Assembly: GCA_964019335.1 (NCBI GenBank)
Contig: OZ025719.1
Location: 186,001-250,000 of the forward strand
Reading direction: 5' to 3'
DNA from: Diplonema japonicum
Lineage: Eukaryota; Protista; Euglenozoa: Diplonemea
Length of the DNA stretch: 64,000 bases
Below, piece after piece: positions 33,249-44,758 of this stretch (positions within the stretch are counted from its first letter, which is position 1; each line of letters begins with the position of its first letter). Below the pieces are notes generated by a model. The model saw only the letters and a list, made by a program, of their open reading frames with translations. It did not search any database and was not told the DNA's origin. A program made the position numbers and the translations under genes.

Positions 33249-34427
33249 ATGACTGCCGTGCACCCTCAAATCGCTGTAGTACGAGTCGTGGAGGGCGATA
33301 AAATCCCGTTAAGCGCACGGCCATATGTAGAAGTCGACGTGGCACAAAGGGTTGGGACCAGCCCCCCACCCCGAACAGATGTAGGTGAAGTGAGAGGCAC
33401 GGTGGTGTGGGGAGGTGACGGGTTCAAATTTTTGCTGAAGTCCGGCGACGACGCAGAGGTAGCAGTCACCCTGTGGGACCACACAGGAATCGCTAACGAC
33501 ACCTTCCTTGGCCGCGCTGTGTGGACCTACCACCGACACAACCCGCCTACCACGAAAACCTTGAACATAAACCTCCCTTCTGGACTTGCAGCATCGGTCA
33601 CAATACATATCAAGGTGTACACCTCAACCTTGATGGATCTGAAACCTAGAAGGAGAACCCCAACTGATGCATTCCCCCCTTCCCAGACCCGCCCTGATGA
33701 ATGGTGTAGTGTCATGGACATGGAAGCAGCGAAACAGCTAGTTTCCAGATCGATGTTGGGGTACGTGTGCAAACGGTTGTTGGCGGCCACAAAGGAACTG
33801 TCGCAGGTTAAACAAGAGCTTTCACGAGTGAAGATTTCTGAGACAGCGGCGGTCCGAAAGTTAGAAGATCATCAAGGAATGCGTGCGACTCAGGATGAGA
33901 TGCTACACTGCAGGATCATAGGATTCTTGGAACAGGAAGAGGAGATGAAGAACGAAGTTTCAGCAGCTCTACAAGCTTTAGAGGCGTCCGAAGACAATTT
34001 GGAAAAGGAAAAGCGAGAACGGAACGAAATCGACAAAAAACTAGAGAACATGATTAAGCTGGCGTCGAAATACCAACGACGGGTCGAAGAAGAGCGGGGG
34101 AGGAATGTGGAAAACGCAGCAGTCGAGGCCCTCCTCTCTGGCGGTGCGGGGGACGTTATCGCCTCCCTTGAAGAACAGGTCAGAACCCTCACCAAACAAA
34201 ACGCAAAGCTGCAGCACGATACCCGGAAGCTCAAAGCCCTCGAGGAAGCATACTCCTCTCTTGTCCCCCCGACACCCACCCCTCCGAAGGTGCGTCCCCA
34301 GAAGGAAACAAAAAAGAAGATGATCCGCACCTTTTACTCCTCTTGCGAACCTCACACCCTGTCCCACATCACGTCCATTCGCTCCGATCTTGAAACAATC
34401 CGACTATGCTCGTTCCAACCTGAATAA
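33249..34427 (+). CDS. C2 domain plus coiled-coil protein
   Basis: VVRVVEG...PYVEV...RT...VW...F.F...VTLWDH....DTFLGRA is a C2 pattern, followed by a coiled coil. Confidence 0.8.
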   Translation: MTAVHPQIAVVRVVEGDKIPLSARPYVEVDVAQRVGTSPPPRTDVGEVRGTVVWGGDGFKFLLKSGDDAEVAVTLWDHTGIANDTFLGRAVWTYHRHNPPTTKTLNINLPSGLAASVTIHIKVYTSTLMDLKPRRRTPTDAFPPSQTRPDEWCSVMDMEAAKQLVSRSMLGYVCKRLLAATKELSQVKQELSRVKISETAAVRKLEDHQGMRATQDEMLHCRIIGFLEQEEEMKNEVSAALQALEASEDNLEKEKRERNEIDKKLENMIKLASKYQRRVEEERGRNVENAAVEALLSGGAGDVIASLEEQVRTLTKQNAKLQHDTRKLKALEEAYSSLVPPTPTPPKVRPQKETKKKMIRTFYSSCEPHTLSHITSIRSDLETIRLCSFQPE

Positions 34428-34638
34428 TGACACAGGAAGGGGCACAGGGGTTCCTTTCTTCCTTTCCAGGAGGATTTTTTTTTTCTTCCCCCCCTGAAAA
34501 AAGTACATTTCAATTCACACAACACATCCAAGGAACGGAGGAGGGGAGGGGAGGGGGGGTCATTGATGCAATAGCACCGGAGAGAAAAAAAAAAAAAGAA
34601 GAAAAAAAAAAAGAGAAAAAGAAAGTCATTAAAAAACG

Positions 34639-36012
34639 ATGAACGGTCCACAGGGTGAGGAATCTCACCCGGACAAAGGACATGCTTACGGGCGGAGATG
34701 GGTGGACAGCAGTGAGGGGAAACCGGACGGCAGGTTGCCGTGCTTAAGGGTAGCACAATGGAATGTGCTTGCGGACTCCCTTGCAGCGGGGAGCGACGAA
34801 ACACATGTAACATACGAGGCACAGGGGGCAGGGGCGTTACCGGGGCAGAGGTGGGTCGGGTGGGGGCGGGCAGGGCCGCCAGCAGACTACCAACGACCTC
34901 ACATATTCAGGTGCCCGCCCAGATACCTTACATGGGACTACCGGGGACCTCGAATCTGCGAGGAAATCAAACGGCTCAACGCAGACGTCATCGCCCTACA
35001 AGAAGTAGATAAGTGGCTGTACATCCAAAAGGAACTCTCAGAGTACGACGGCGTCTTCGCTGCAAAGACGGGTTTTGACGACGGTGTTGCACTGTTATGG
35101 AGGAAACATCTAACCCCTGGCGCGGGTGAGGTTTTACGGTTTTCAAGAGGTGTTCAGGTTGCGCTGCTTCAACGACTACTCCTTCCCGCGGAGGGGGGTA
35201 AGGTACGTGCCTTTGTCGTCGTCTCCATGCATTTGAAAGCTGGCTTCACAGACCACTACGAGGCCACGCGGCAGGACCAGCTCTCGCTCGCCACCACCGC
35301 CATCAAGAAGTTCGCAAAGGACGACCCTATTGTGATCCTCGCGGACCTCAACGCCCACCCCAAAGACATTTGTGGTGTTGAAGCTAGAGCCCTCCCCACT
35401 GCCTTTAAACAAGGCTATGCATCTGCGTACTCCAGCGACGACTACACTGTGTGGAGCGGTTGGACTGATGGTGAGGTCCGTGCTGCCTTCGACCACATCA
35501 TATTCACAGCAACCGGTTTTCGGAGCAAACGGGTACTAGAACTTCCAAAGGTGTGCGAAGTCGGGGACGAGGAGTGCCGGTTGCCGAACCGCAGGTATTT
35601 AAAAAAGAGAAAAAAAAAGGGAAAAAAAAAAAAGATGGCCTTCTGACCACCTCCCCTTGGCCTCCGATCTCATCCTGCGGACGAGCACCCGGTTGCCCAC
35701 TTTGAAGGGTGACGGGGATGGGTTCGACTCTCACGTTCTGGAAAGCTCTCCTGTTTGCCGGTATTTCCTGCAAGGGTCGTGCCACTATGCCCAAAACTGC
35801 ATCTATCCCCACTCGGACGGCCGGCGGGGGGAGAGGTGTTATTTCTTCGACTCTGGACATGCTTGGTGTGTTTAAAAAAAAAAAAAAATCAATAAAAAAG
35901 TCGTAACGGTCATGGTTGCCATTTCCTCCACTCTAGCTCAGGGTCGAGTCAGCGGCCGCCGAAGGATTCTGCCCCCACTGAAATAAACCAAGCTTTTCAA
36001 GACATGGAGTGA
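34639..36012 (+). CDS. CCR4/nocturnin/Angel-like EEP nuclease or phosphatase fused to two CCCH zinc fingers; introns 35595-35634 and 35866-35900
   Basis: QWNVLA, ALQEVD, HLKA, ADLNA and DHI. Splicing restores WPSDH. The fingers are CRYFLQGSCHYAQNCIYPH and, after splicing, CYFFDSGHACRNGHGCHFLH. Confidence 0.85.
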
Positions 36013-36917
36013 AATGGTGGGTCGGGTGGGTGGGGTAACCTGATGCACCATACAGTCGTTTTTTTTTTTTTTTTTTTTTTTTAATTTTGCAAGTTTGATT
36101 CTGCAAGAGTGTGAAGTAGTTGTGAAAGTATGAACTATGAGCAGAATTAGTACTTCTTTACCGGGGGGGAATCTTTTAGATATGTTGTGGAGGAATATCA
36201 ATCATAGAAAGGTATACTGTGTCCTTGGTGCATCAGGTTACTTCGAAAAAAAAAAAAAAGACTTAGTCATAAAACGTTCTTGTTTCTTATTTTAAAAAAA
36301 GGGGGTGATTGTGTGCTTACATATTTATTTAGGAGGAAGCATGTATGTGGGGGAGAGAGGGTAAAAGTAAACAAACGAAAAAGGGGGGGGAGGGGGGTGG
36401 AAATATGAAAATTGAGAAGGAAAAAAAAGTGGTTTGAAGCTAAGGCTTGTGTGGGTGGGGGGTGTGGGGGCATATAAATTCTGAGGGCTTTATTCTGCTA
36501 AGGTCTTTCCTCTCTCTGCACAGTCACCACCCAACTGCCACCGTACTTTCTTTTTTCTTCCTCTTTTTTTCTTTTTATCCATTCCCAGTGTTCAGTTAAA
36601 GGAAGAAGCAAGAGCACCGCAAGAGAGGTGCTGGGAGAAGAAAAAAAAAACAATATCAATTAAAAAATTACCGGCGTCAGAAGGAAAAAAAAAAGAAAAA
36701 AAACACGCGTGTGGGTGTTTCTCCCCCCCCTTATTTTTTCTTCTTTTCTCACAGCTCCTACCCCTTTGCCCTCTTTTTTTCTTGATCTATCAGATAGTTA
36801 TATATGTTCTCGTCCGAGTTGCTTTTATTTTTTTCTTTTCCCTCTTTTTTTCCCCCCCCTCCAAAATTCGTCATTGTGAGAACAACAAAAAAAAGGTGGG
36901 AGGGGGAGGAAAAAAAA

Positions 36918-39680
36918 ATGACACATGCAGCGTACAAGGCGAAGCTCGTGCAGGAGAAGCTGAAAAACACGATTTACTCGATATGTACGTTGGGAGATGC
37001 TGTTTTTCTGGGAATGGACGGGATTCTGTTTAAGTACGACGCGACCTCAACGGACGTACTGGCGCCCAAGGAAGTATTGAAATCGATGAAGGGTAAGGTG
37101 ACGCAGCTTATACCCTTTCCGGGCCTGCATCTGATCGCGGCAATGAGCGAAAACCTGGTCCAGCTCGTGTCGGTCAGCCCGAAGCTGGAGACCAAACGCG
37201 ATATAAAAATGTCGGGCTGCTCCGCGATGGCCGCGAAAAAATACAGAGGGAAATATTACATCGCCATAGGAACTAAACAGAAGAAGCTAACTGTTCTGGA
37301 ATACAGGGAGGACACGCAAAACTTCACCATCGGAGCTGAGATCCAGGTCCCGATCGCCCCAAGGGTCATGGCGTGGAATGGCAACGGCGTCTTCATCGGC
37401 TACAAAAAAGAATACACATTTGTGAATGTCACAAACTCACGGTTCAGTGAGCTTCCGAACTTCTCCCAATGCATCACCTCGATGCCTGTTACCAGCGAGG
37501 TGCTGCTCATCGATAAGGTTGGAATAGCTTACAACGCCGATACGGAACCCTCAAGGGGTATTGGGATACAATGGCAGACCCCTCCACACACCCTTGGCTA
37601 CTCGTATCCTTACGTTCTGGGTCTTTCCGATCGCACGATCGAGGTTCGTGCGTTCCCTCCTCTTGACAAACGAGATGCGGTGCGTGACATAGCCTGCCGA
37701 GACGTGATGTGTGACCACCCGAAGTTGATATCGATCCCGAACTTCGTCGACATGGATGCTGCTTCGCGTTTGAAGAACCACCTCCGGTGCAATTCGATAA
37801 GCGACGACCCTGAGCCCACCCCGCAGCCCTTGGTGTATGTTACCACAGAGGGCAACGGGATCTATGTGTTGGAGCCCATCCCTTTCAAGGACCAGATCGC
37901 CACTCTTGTCGAGAACAACAGAACCGACGATTATGAGTCCGCCCTGATGCTCTGCAATTTGCTTTCTCCCAAGGACGTCACCGAGAAGCAAATGCAGCAC
38001 GTGCACGCTATGCACGCTTTCAACCTCTTCAAACAGAAGATGTTCCCGAAGGCCATGACACACTTCTTCCTTGCAAACATCGACCCGAGGGTCGTTATCA
38101 AAATGCTTGGGATGCTCCCCACGTACGTCAGCCAGAACTGGAAGCTGCCTGTTGAGTACGAGAAGTGCTTGCAAGAAGCGCGCGTGGTGGCGCTAGCGGA
38201 GGTTCAGGAAAAGTTCAAAGCGGTGGCGCAACTGCGGAAGTGGTTGAAGCAAAGCCGGCAGATCGCCATTTCATCCCAAGCAGACCCCCTGAAGCTCGAC
38301 ATGTCCGACAACGGGATGCTCCGTGCCTCTGTGGACACAGCATTCCTGCACTGCTTGCTTCTCACCGCAGAAGACGATGTGGAGACCTTCCTTGGGACAC
38401 CCAACAGGTGTGTGCTCGATGACTGCGAGCGCATCCTCCGCCAGGAGTCGAAATGGTCCAACATCGTGGCCCTGTACCGCTCCAAAGGAAAGGATCGTGC
38501 TGCCCTCGACCTTCTGACAGGAAAGACCCGGTCGTACAACAGTGTCCCTGACGCCATCGCCTACATCAAGCAGCTTAACGGGAACGACCCGACCCACAAG
38601 AGCCTCATCATGGAGTACTCGACGTGGGTCTTAAGAAACACCAACTACAAGGAAGCCCTTGAAATGTTTTACAGCGAGAACAGCCTCCCACCCATAACGG
38701 TGCTGAGCCATGTGAAGTCCACATTACCGCATGATTTAGAGGCGCACGCAGCGTACACAGCAAAAGTGCTTGCGGATCCTGTGCTGAAGCTGCTGCCGGA
38801 TTGCAGGATGAATACAATGCACGAGTCGCTCATCGGTACGTACGTGCAGCTATTAAAACAGCATGAGGAAGCGAAGAGAGGGAAAGAAGCAGGGGACGTG
38901 GGGAAGGCGCTGCAGCGGTTTTTGAAGAGCAGCGACATGTACAATGTGCAGACGATGAAAAAGTTATTCGATACACCGCAGTTCTACAAGGAGATGGCGA
39001 TCGTGCACGCGAAACTTGAAGAACACGAAGAGGCGCTGAGAGTGCTCGCCTTCGGTCTGGGCAACATCAAAGACTGCGTGACGTACTGCGACGAGGAATC
39101 GCTTGTGCTCACCCCGGGCCAGGCTGCACCCCAGCAGCCGCTAAAGGGAAAAGACCAGCGCTACGAGCTGCACTTCATGCTGTTCCAACTGCTGCTTGAA
39201 CCTCCCAGCGACAACATCGAGCCCAAGGTGGAAGACGCCCTCGTCCTTTTGAAAATGCACGCTGATAAGATTAACTGTCTGAAGGCCATCAAGATGCTGC
39301 CGCCCCATACCAAGCTTCACAGCATCAGCGATTGGATAAGCAAGGTTCTGCGAGAGGCCAGCGTTCAAAGCAGAGAGAGAAAGATTTACAAAAACCTCTG
39401 CAAGTCGGAACACCATCAGGTGAGCGTTCAGCTGGTGCACAAACAAAGGGTGAAGTGCACCATTCAGCAGAACACCGTGTGCGCCGTTTGCAAGACAAAG
39501 ATAGGCAACTCTGTGACAGCTTACTATCCCAATAAGGTATGGAAGGGGTGCTAAGAAAAGACCCAATCATCACTTCAGGTGATTGTACACAAGATTTGCG
39601 CCACCAAGCAAGGCGGGTCTCTGAATGTTTGCCCGGTAACGAAACGAGTATTTTCCCCTCTTGATGAGTTCTGTGAGTAG
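36918..39680 (+). CDS. VPS39: Vam6/Vps39 HOPS subunit; intron 39537-39578
   Basis: CNH-like N-terminus, DPRVVI, VDTAFL, N.C, clathrin-repeat-like region. The C-terminal CAVCKTKIG...YPNK is completed by VIVHKIC after splicing. Confidence 0.88.
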
Positions 39681-40134
39681 AATGAAAAAGGAGGGGGGGA
39701 GGGGGGGACAAAACAGTGTGCTTCGTCTTCTTTCCAATCCCACTACTCTTTGCCCCCCTCGTTCGTTCTCATCCTGTGCCTTAACCCGAGTCGGCGGGGC
39801 CTGCCTGCCTGTTTAAAAAAAGTGTGACACAGTCTTTTTTTTTTTCTCTTCCTATTTCATCCCCCCCGTGCTCTTTTTTTTTTTTCTCCTTTTCCTTTCC
39901 ATTGCGCTACACTTCTTGAGAACACAAATAGAAGAGGAAAAGAGGGGGGAAGAGGGAGAGAAGTTTTTTATTCTTTCTGTCCTATGTACCGTTCGCCTTT
40001 TGCTCGTATAGAAAAAAAAAAAAAAAAAAAAAAAAAGAACACTACATTCAGGACTTACAAAGAAAAGAATAGGCGAGTTGTTGTTTGTGTAGCGTGTGCG
40101 CAAAGGGGATCATCAAGTAAGTAAAAAGACAAAA

Positions 40135-43100
40135 ATGGGTAAGAAGAAGGGAAGAAATCCGCTCCCGGAAGACCCTGAGGAGGCGGAGAAGCAGAGGACG
40201 GGGATGCTAGCGGAGTTGCTTGAGGAGGAGGACAAGAAACCGAAGCCGGCACCGAAGGGGAAGAAGGGAAAGAAGGGAAAGCAGAGCCATGCTGACTACA
40301 TGGCAATGCTTGCAGAGAACGACGAAGATGAAGAAGAGAAGCCCAAGGAGACAAAAGCCGAGGCGACGGACTCTGAAGAAGACGGCGACATGTCGGACGA
40401 AGTACAGAAGCCCGTGAAGCCGCAAGCCAAGCGTGGCAAGAAGGGCAGAAGGGCCTCCCTCAGTTCCGACGACGACGTCCCTGTCGCTGCTGCCCCCACC
40501 CTCATGAAAACTGGCAGAAAAGGCAAGCGTGGCCAGGACGACTCTGACGACGAGCCCACGAAGCCCCAGAGAGGCGGGAAGAAGAACAAGGCGAAGAACA
40601 AGCGTGGCGGGAAGGCCTATGATGACGATGACGATGAAGACGACGTCCCCGCCGCGCTCATGAAGACCGGCAAGAAGGGCAACAGGGGGAAGGGCGGCGA
40701 CTCCGATGACGACGAGCCCACGGTGCCCCAGCGAGGCGGGAAGAAGAACAAAAAGAAGAACAACAAGCGTGGCGGGAAAGCTGCCGACGATGACGACGAG
40801 GACGACGACGACGAGGCAGCTGAGCCCGCTGCGAAGAAGGCAGACGATGAGGATGAGACTCCCGCTGGACAGAACTCGGACGACGACGAGCCCACGAAGC
40901 CCCAGCGAGGCGGGAAGAAGAACAAGGCCAAAAACAAGCGCGGCGGGAAGGCCAACGACGACGACGATGAAGACGACGTCGACCCCCTTGCGGGCCCTGG
41001 CAAGAAGGGTAACGACTCCGACGACGAGCCCACGATGCCCCAGCGAGGCGGGAAGAACAAAAAGAAGAACAAGCGTGGCGGTAGGGGCGGTGCTGACGAC
41101 GACGAGGACGAGGAAGAGAAAGCGGCGGAAAAGCCAGAGCCCGCGCAGCAGAAAGGCAACAAGGGAAAGAAGAACAAGAAGATGTCTAATGCTGACTACA
41201 TGTCCATGATGGTGGGGGATGATGAAGAAGACGAAGAAGAGAAGAAGAGAGTGGAGGAAGAGAAGAAGAAGAAGGAGGAGGAAGAGAAAGCAGCCGAGGC
41301 GAAGAAGAAGGCCGAGGAAGAAGCGAAGAAGAAGGCCGAGGAAGAAGCGAAGAGGAAGGCTGAAGAAGAAGCAAAGAGGAAGGCTGAGGAAGAGGCGAAA
41401 AAAGCGGAAGAAGAAGCCGCACGGAAAGCAGAGGAGGAAGAAGCGAGACTAGCAGCAGAAGAAGAAGCGAAGAAAAAGGCTGCGGCAGAGGCGAACAAAA
41501 AAGCCGACGAAGAAGATAAAAAGTTGAAGAAACAGAAAGAGGCTGCAGCCAGAAACGAGGAAAGGCGGAAGAAGAAGGAGGCAAAGCTTGGAGTGAAACC
41601 AGAGGAGCAGGATAAGGCAGACGACGACGATGACGAGCCCAGAATGCTGGACGCGGACGACCTGCCGACCAAAACCGACGACAAAGTAGAGAAGAAGCTG
41701 ACGAAGAAAGAGATGAAAGCCCTGGAGAAGAAGAGGCTGCATGAAGCCAAGCTTGCAGAAGCGGCGAAGGAAGGCAAGAACGGCGCGTTCACAGACTCTC
41801 CGTTCAGCGTACAAATGCCGGAGGACGCGTGGAAGGTCGAGGACAACTCTAGGGACATCAAGATCGAACAGGTGTCCATCGCAGTGTCGGCGAAGCAGCT
41901 GTTTGTGAACACAACGGTGAAGGTCACATGCGGGCACAGGTACGGGCTGATCGGGCCGAACGGAAGGGGAAAGTCCACAGTGTTAAGACTGCTGTCAAGC
42001 GGAGAGCTGCCAATCCCGAAGAAGCTGCACGTGCTGTTGGTTGAACAGGAGCAGGAGGTTGATGAAACCGTGATGGGGGAGAAGGTGGTTAACGTGGTGA
42101 TCAACTCGCACAAGAAGCGAATTGCAATGATGGAAGAGGCCGACAAGCTGCGAGAGTCCGGGGACGACCTCGAGAGACTGCAGGAACTGGAAGACGACCT
42201 TGAGGCGATGGGTGCGTTCCAGGCTGAGGCAAAAGCACGCAAGATCCTCGGCGGTCTCGGGTTCCTGTCCGAGTGGCAGGACCGCAAGGTGTCATCCTTC
42301 TCCGGTGGTTGGAGGAAGCGTGTGGCTCTCGCATGCGCTGTGTTCATGGAACCCGACGTGCTCCTCCTGGACGAGCCGACCAACCATCTCGACTTGAACG
42401 CCGTCATCTGGCTCGAGACCTACCTCCCCTCTGTCTACAACGAGAACAAGAAGAAGCCCAAGTCCCTTGTCGTCGTATCGCACGACGTCTCCTTCTTGGA
42501 GGAGGTCTGTACCGACACTGTTCACATTGAGGAGCTGAAGCTGAATTACTACCGGTATGCCCTTCTCTTGTATCCATCTTTCTTTTCAGTGGCAACTACG
42601 AACGATTCCTTGTGCAGCTCCAGCAGCACCACAAGGTGATGGACAAGGAAGCCAAGCTTGTGAAAGACTACACAAGAGAGCTGAAGTCCAAGGGTAACTC
42701 CAAGGAACAAGTTAAAGAGAAGCTTGAGGAGAGGGCCAAGAAGAAGGTATTAAATAAAAGAAAAAATGAAAAACGCGAACCCAACACAACACCCACAGGG
42801 TTGGGACAAGGAGAACATGCCGAAGAAGCGACAGGAATACAACGTCACATTCCCCTGGGAGCCCCCCCCGGAGCTGAGGGAAGGCTTCATCGTGAAGTCA
42901 GAGCAGATGCAGTTCAGGTAAAGAAACACTTTTTTCTTTTTCTTTTTTTTTTTTTTAAATTTAACTCAAAACAGATACCGCGACGACCTGCCATGGATCT
43001 TCGGCGGTCCAGAAAACAAGAAGGGTGTGGACTTTTCCGTGTGGACGGACTCAAGAATTGCGCTGGTGGGACCCAACGGGTGCGGCAAGACAACGTTGAT

Positions 43101-43962
43101 CCAACTGCTGGAAAGCAACATCACACCTGTGGAAGGTGTTATTGAGGTGAACAGGCAGGTGAGAGTGGGCAGATACTCGCAGCATTTCGTCGACCAGCTT
43201 CCGTTATCGGAAACTGCGGTGGACTACCTCGTAACATGCGGGGTGGGGTCGGAATTCAAAGCGAGGGCGAAGCTTGGAGCGTTCGGGTTGGAAGGCAAAG
43301 CGCATCTTCAAGAGATCAACACATTGTCTGGTGGGCAGAAGGTGAGGGTGGCGTTTGCTGGGATTTCAGCGGCGGTACCACACGCACTGCTTCTGGACGA
43401 GCCGACCAACCACTTGGACATGGAGTCCATCCAAGCATTGGCCGACTCGCTCAAAGAATTCGCTGGTGGTGTCCTTGTAATTACTCACGACGCCAGGCTG
43501 ATCAGAACCCTCGATGCTACCCTGTGGGTTGTGCAGGACCACAACGTCGTTAAATTTGACGGTGACCTCGACGACTACAAGGACCATCTTGTCAAGCTGT
43601 TGGACCTTGAACAGGAACGCAAGGACCTCGCAGAAGAGAAGAAACGAGAACTTAAAAAAATCAGGCAGGAGGAAGCCTTCAAATCCAGAGAACAACTCGC
43701 GAAAGAAGAATCCTCCAAGAGCAAGAAGAGGGCTAAGGAACAAGCCGAAATCGATGCAAGGGAGAGAGCCGAGGAGCTGTCCCGATCAGAAGCGCTGGAG
43801 AGCTTTATGGGTGAAAAGGATGCGAAGAAGAAGGACAAAAAGGACAAGAAGGACAAGGAAGACAAAAAAGAGAAGAAGGAGAAGAAAGACAAGAAGGATA
43901 AGGAGGACAAGAAAGAAAAGAAGGAAAAAAAAGAGAAGAAAGACAAGAAGGACAAGAAATAA
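40135..43962 (+). CDS. ABCF-family ribosome-associated ATPase (ABCF1-like); introns 42555-42589, 42747-42798, 42918-42974
   Basis: Two ABC cassettes (GPNGRGKS/FSGGW/LLLDEPTNHLD and GPNGCGKT/LSGGQ/LLLDEPTNHLD) with no TM segments. Splicing restores YYRGNY and F.Y. Long K/D/E-rich N-terminus. Confidence 0.92.
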
Positions 43963-44355
43963 AAGAGAATGTACTGCCCCCCCTCCTCCCCTCGTGACTT
44001 TTGCAGGTGCGATGTCTTTCTCCGCTCGTCAGCATCTCAAGGAACAAGGGGTAAGAAACAAAAAAAAAAAAGTACTTCTTCAAACGATATGTTCCTTCTG
44101 GTTCTCTCTTTTCTTTTTTTTTTTTCTCCTCATATATTCTAACCTCGCATTTTTTTTTTATTTTTCATTTTTTTTTATTTTCGTTTTTCAAAGTGTCTCG
44201 TTAAATCACTTTTTTTTTTTCTCTCTTTTCTTCTTTTTTTTTGCCCCCCCCTTCAGGGTTTTTACCCCTCCTTTTTTTGATGCACGCAAAGTTTCCCCCC
44301 CCCAAAAAAAAAAGAATCCCTACGGTACTCCCCATTTTCATTGTTGTTTTAGTCG

Positions 44356-44480
44356 AGTCTCGGTCGCTCTGGCCTATTTGTTTGTATTAGTCGTATGAAG
44401 TCTCGGTCGCTCTGGCCTATTTGTTTATATTAGTTGTATGAAGTCTCGTGCGCTTTTGCTTATTTCCATGTAGTGGTCGT
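44356..44480. repeat. Tandem 43-bp repeat (two good copies, one degenerate)
   Basis: AGTCTCGGTCGCTCTGGCCTATTTGTTT.TATTAGT.GTATGA at 44356 and 44399. Confidence 0.8.
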
Positions 44481-44758
44481 ACTTCTTGAAGTTTGTTGCT
44501 ACCCATTCTTTTAAACGCGGGCATGGTCATGTGTGGACCAGCTCGAGTATCGCGCGTATAAAAAAAAAAAAGAAAATACATTTTCTTCGTCCTAGGGGTT
44601 AATCTTTTTCCCGGGGGGGGGGGGGGGGTAAACAAAACAAAACAAAAAAAAAGGAAGGGAAGAGAGGGAGAAACGGTGCTAAAAAAAAAAAGAAAAAAAG
44701 AAAGAGAAAAAAAAAAAGTAAAGGGGAAACGGGCGGGAGGGAAAAAAAAAATGCCGAA

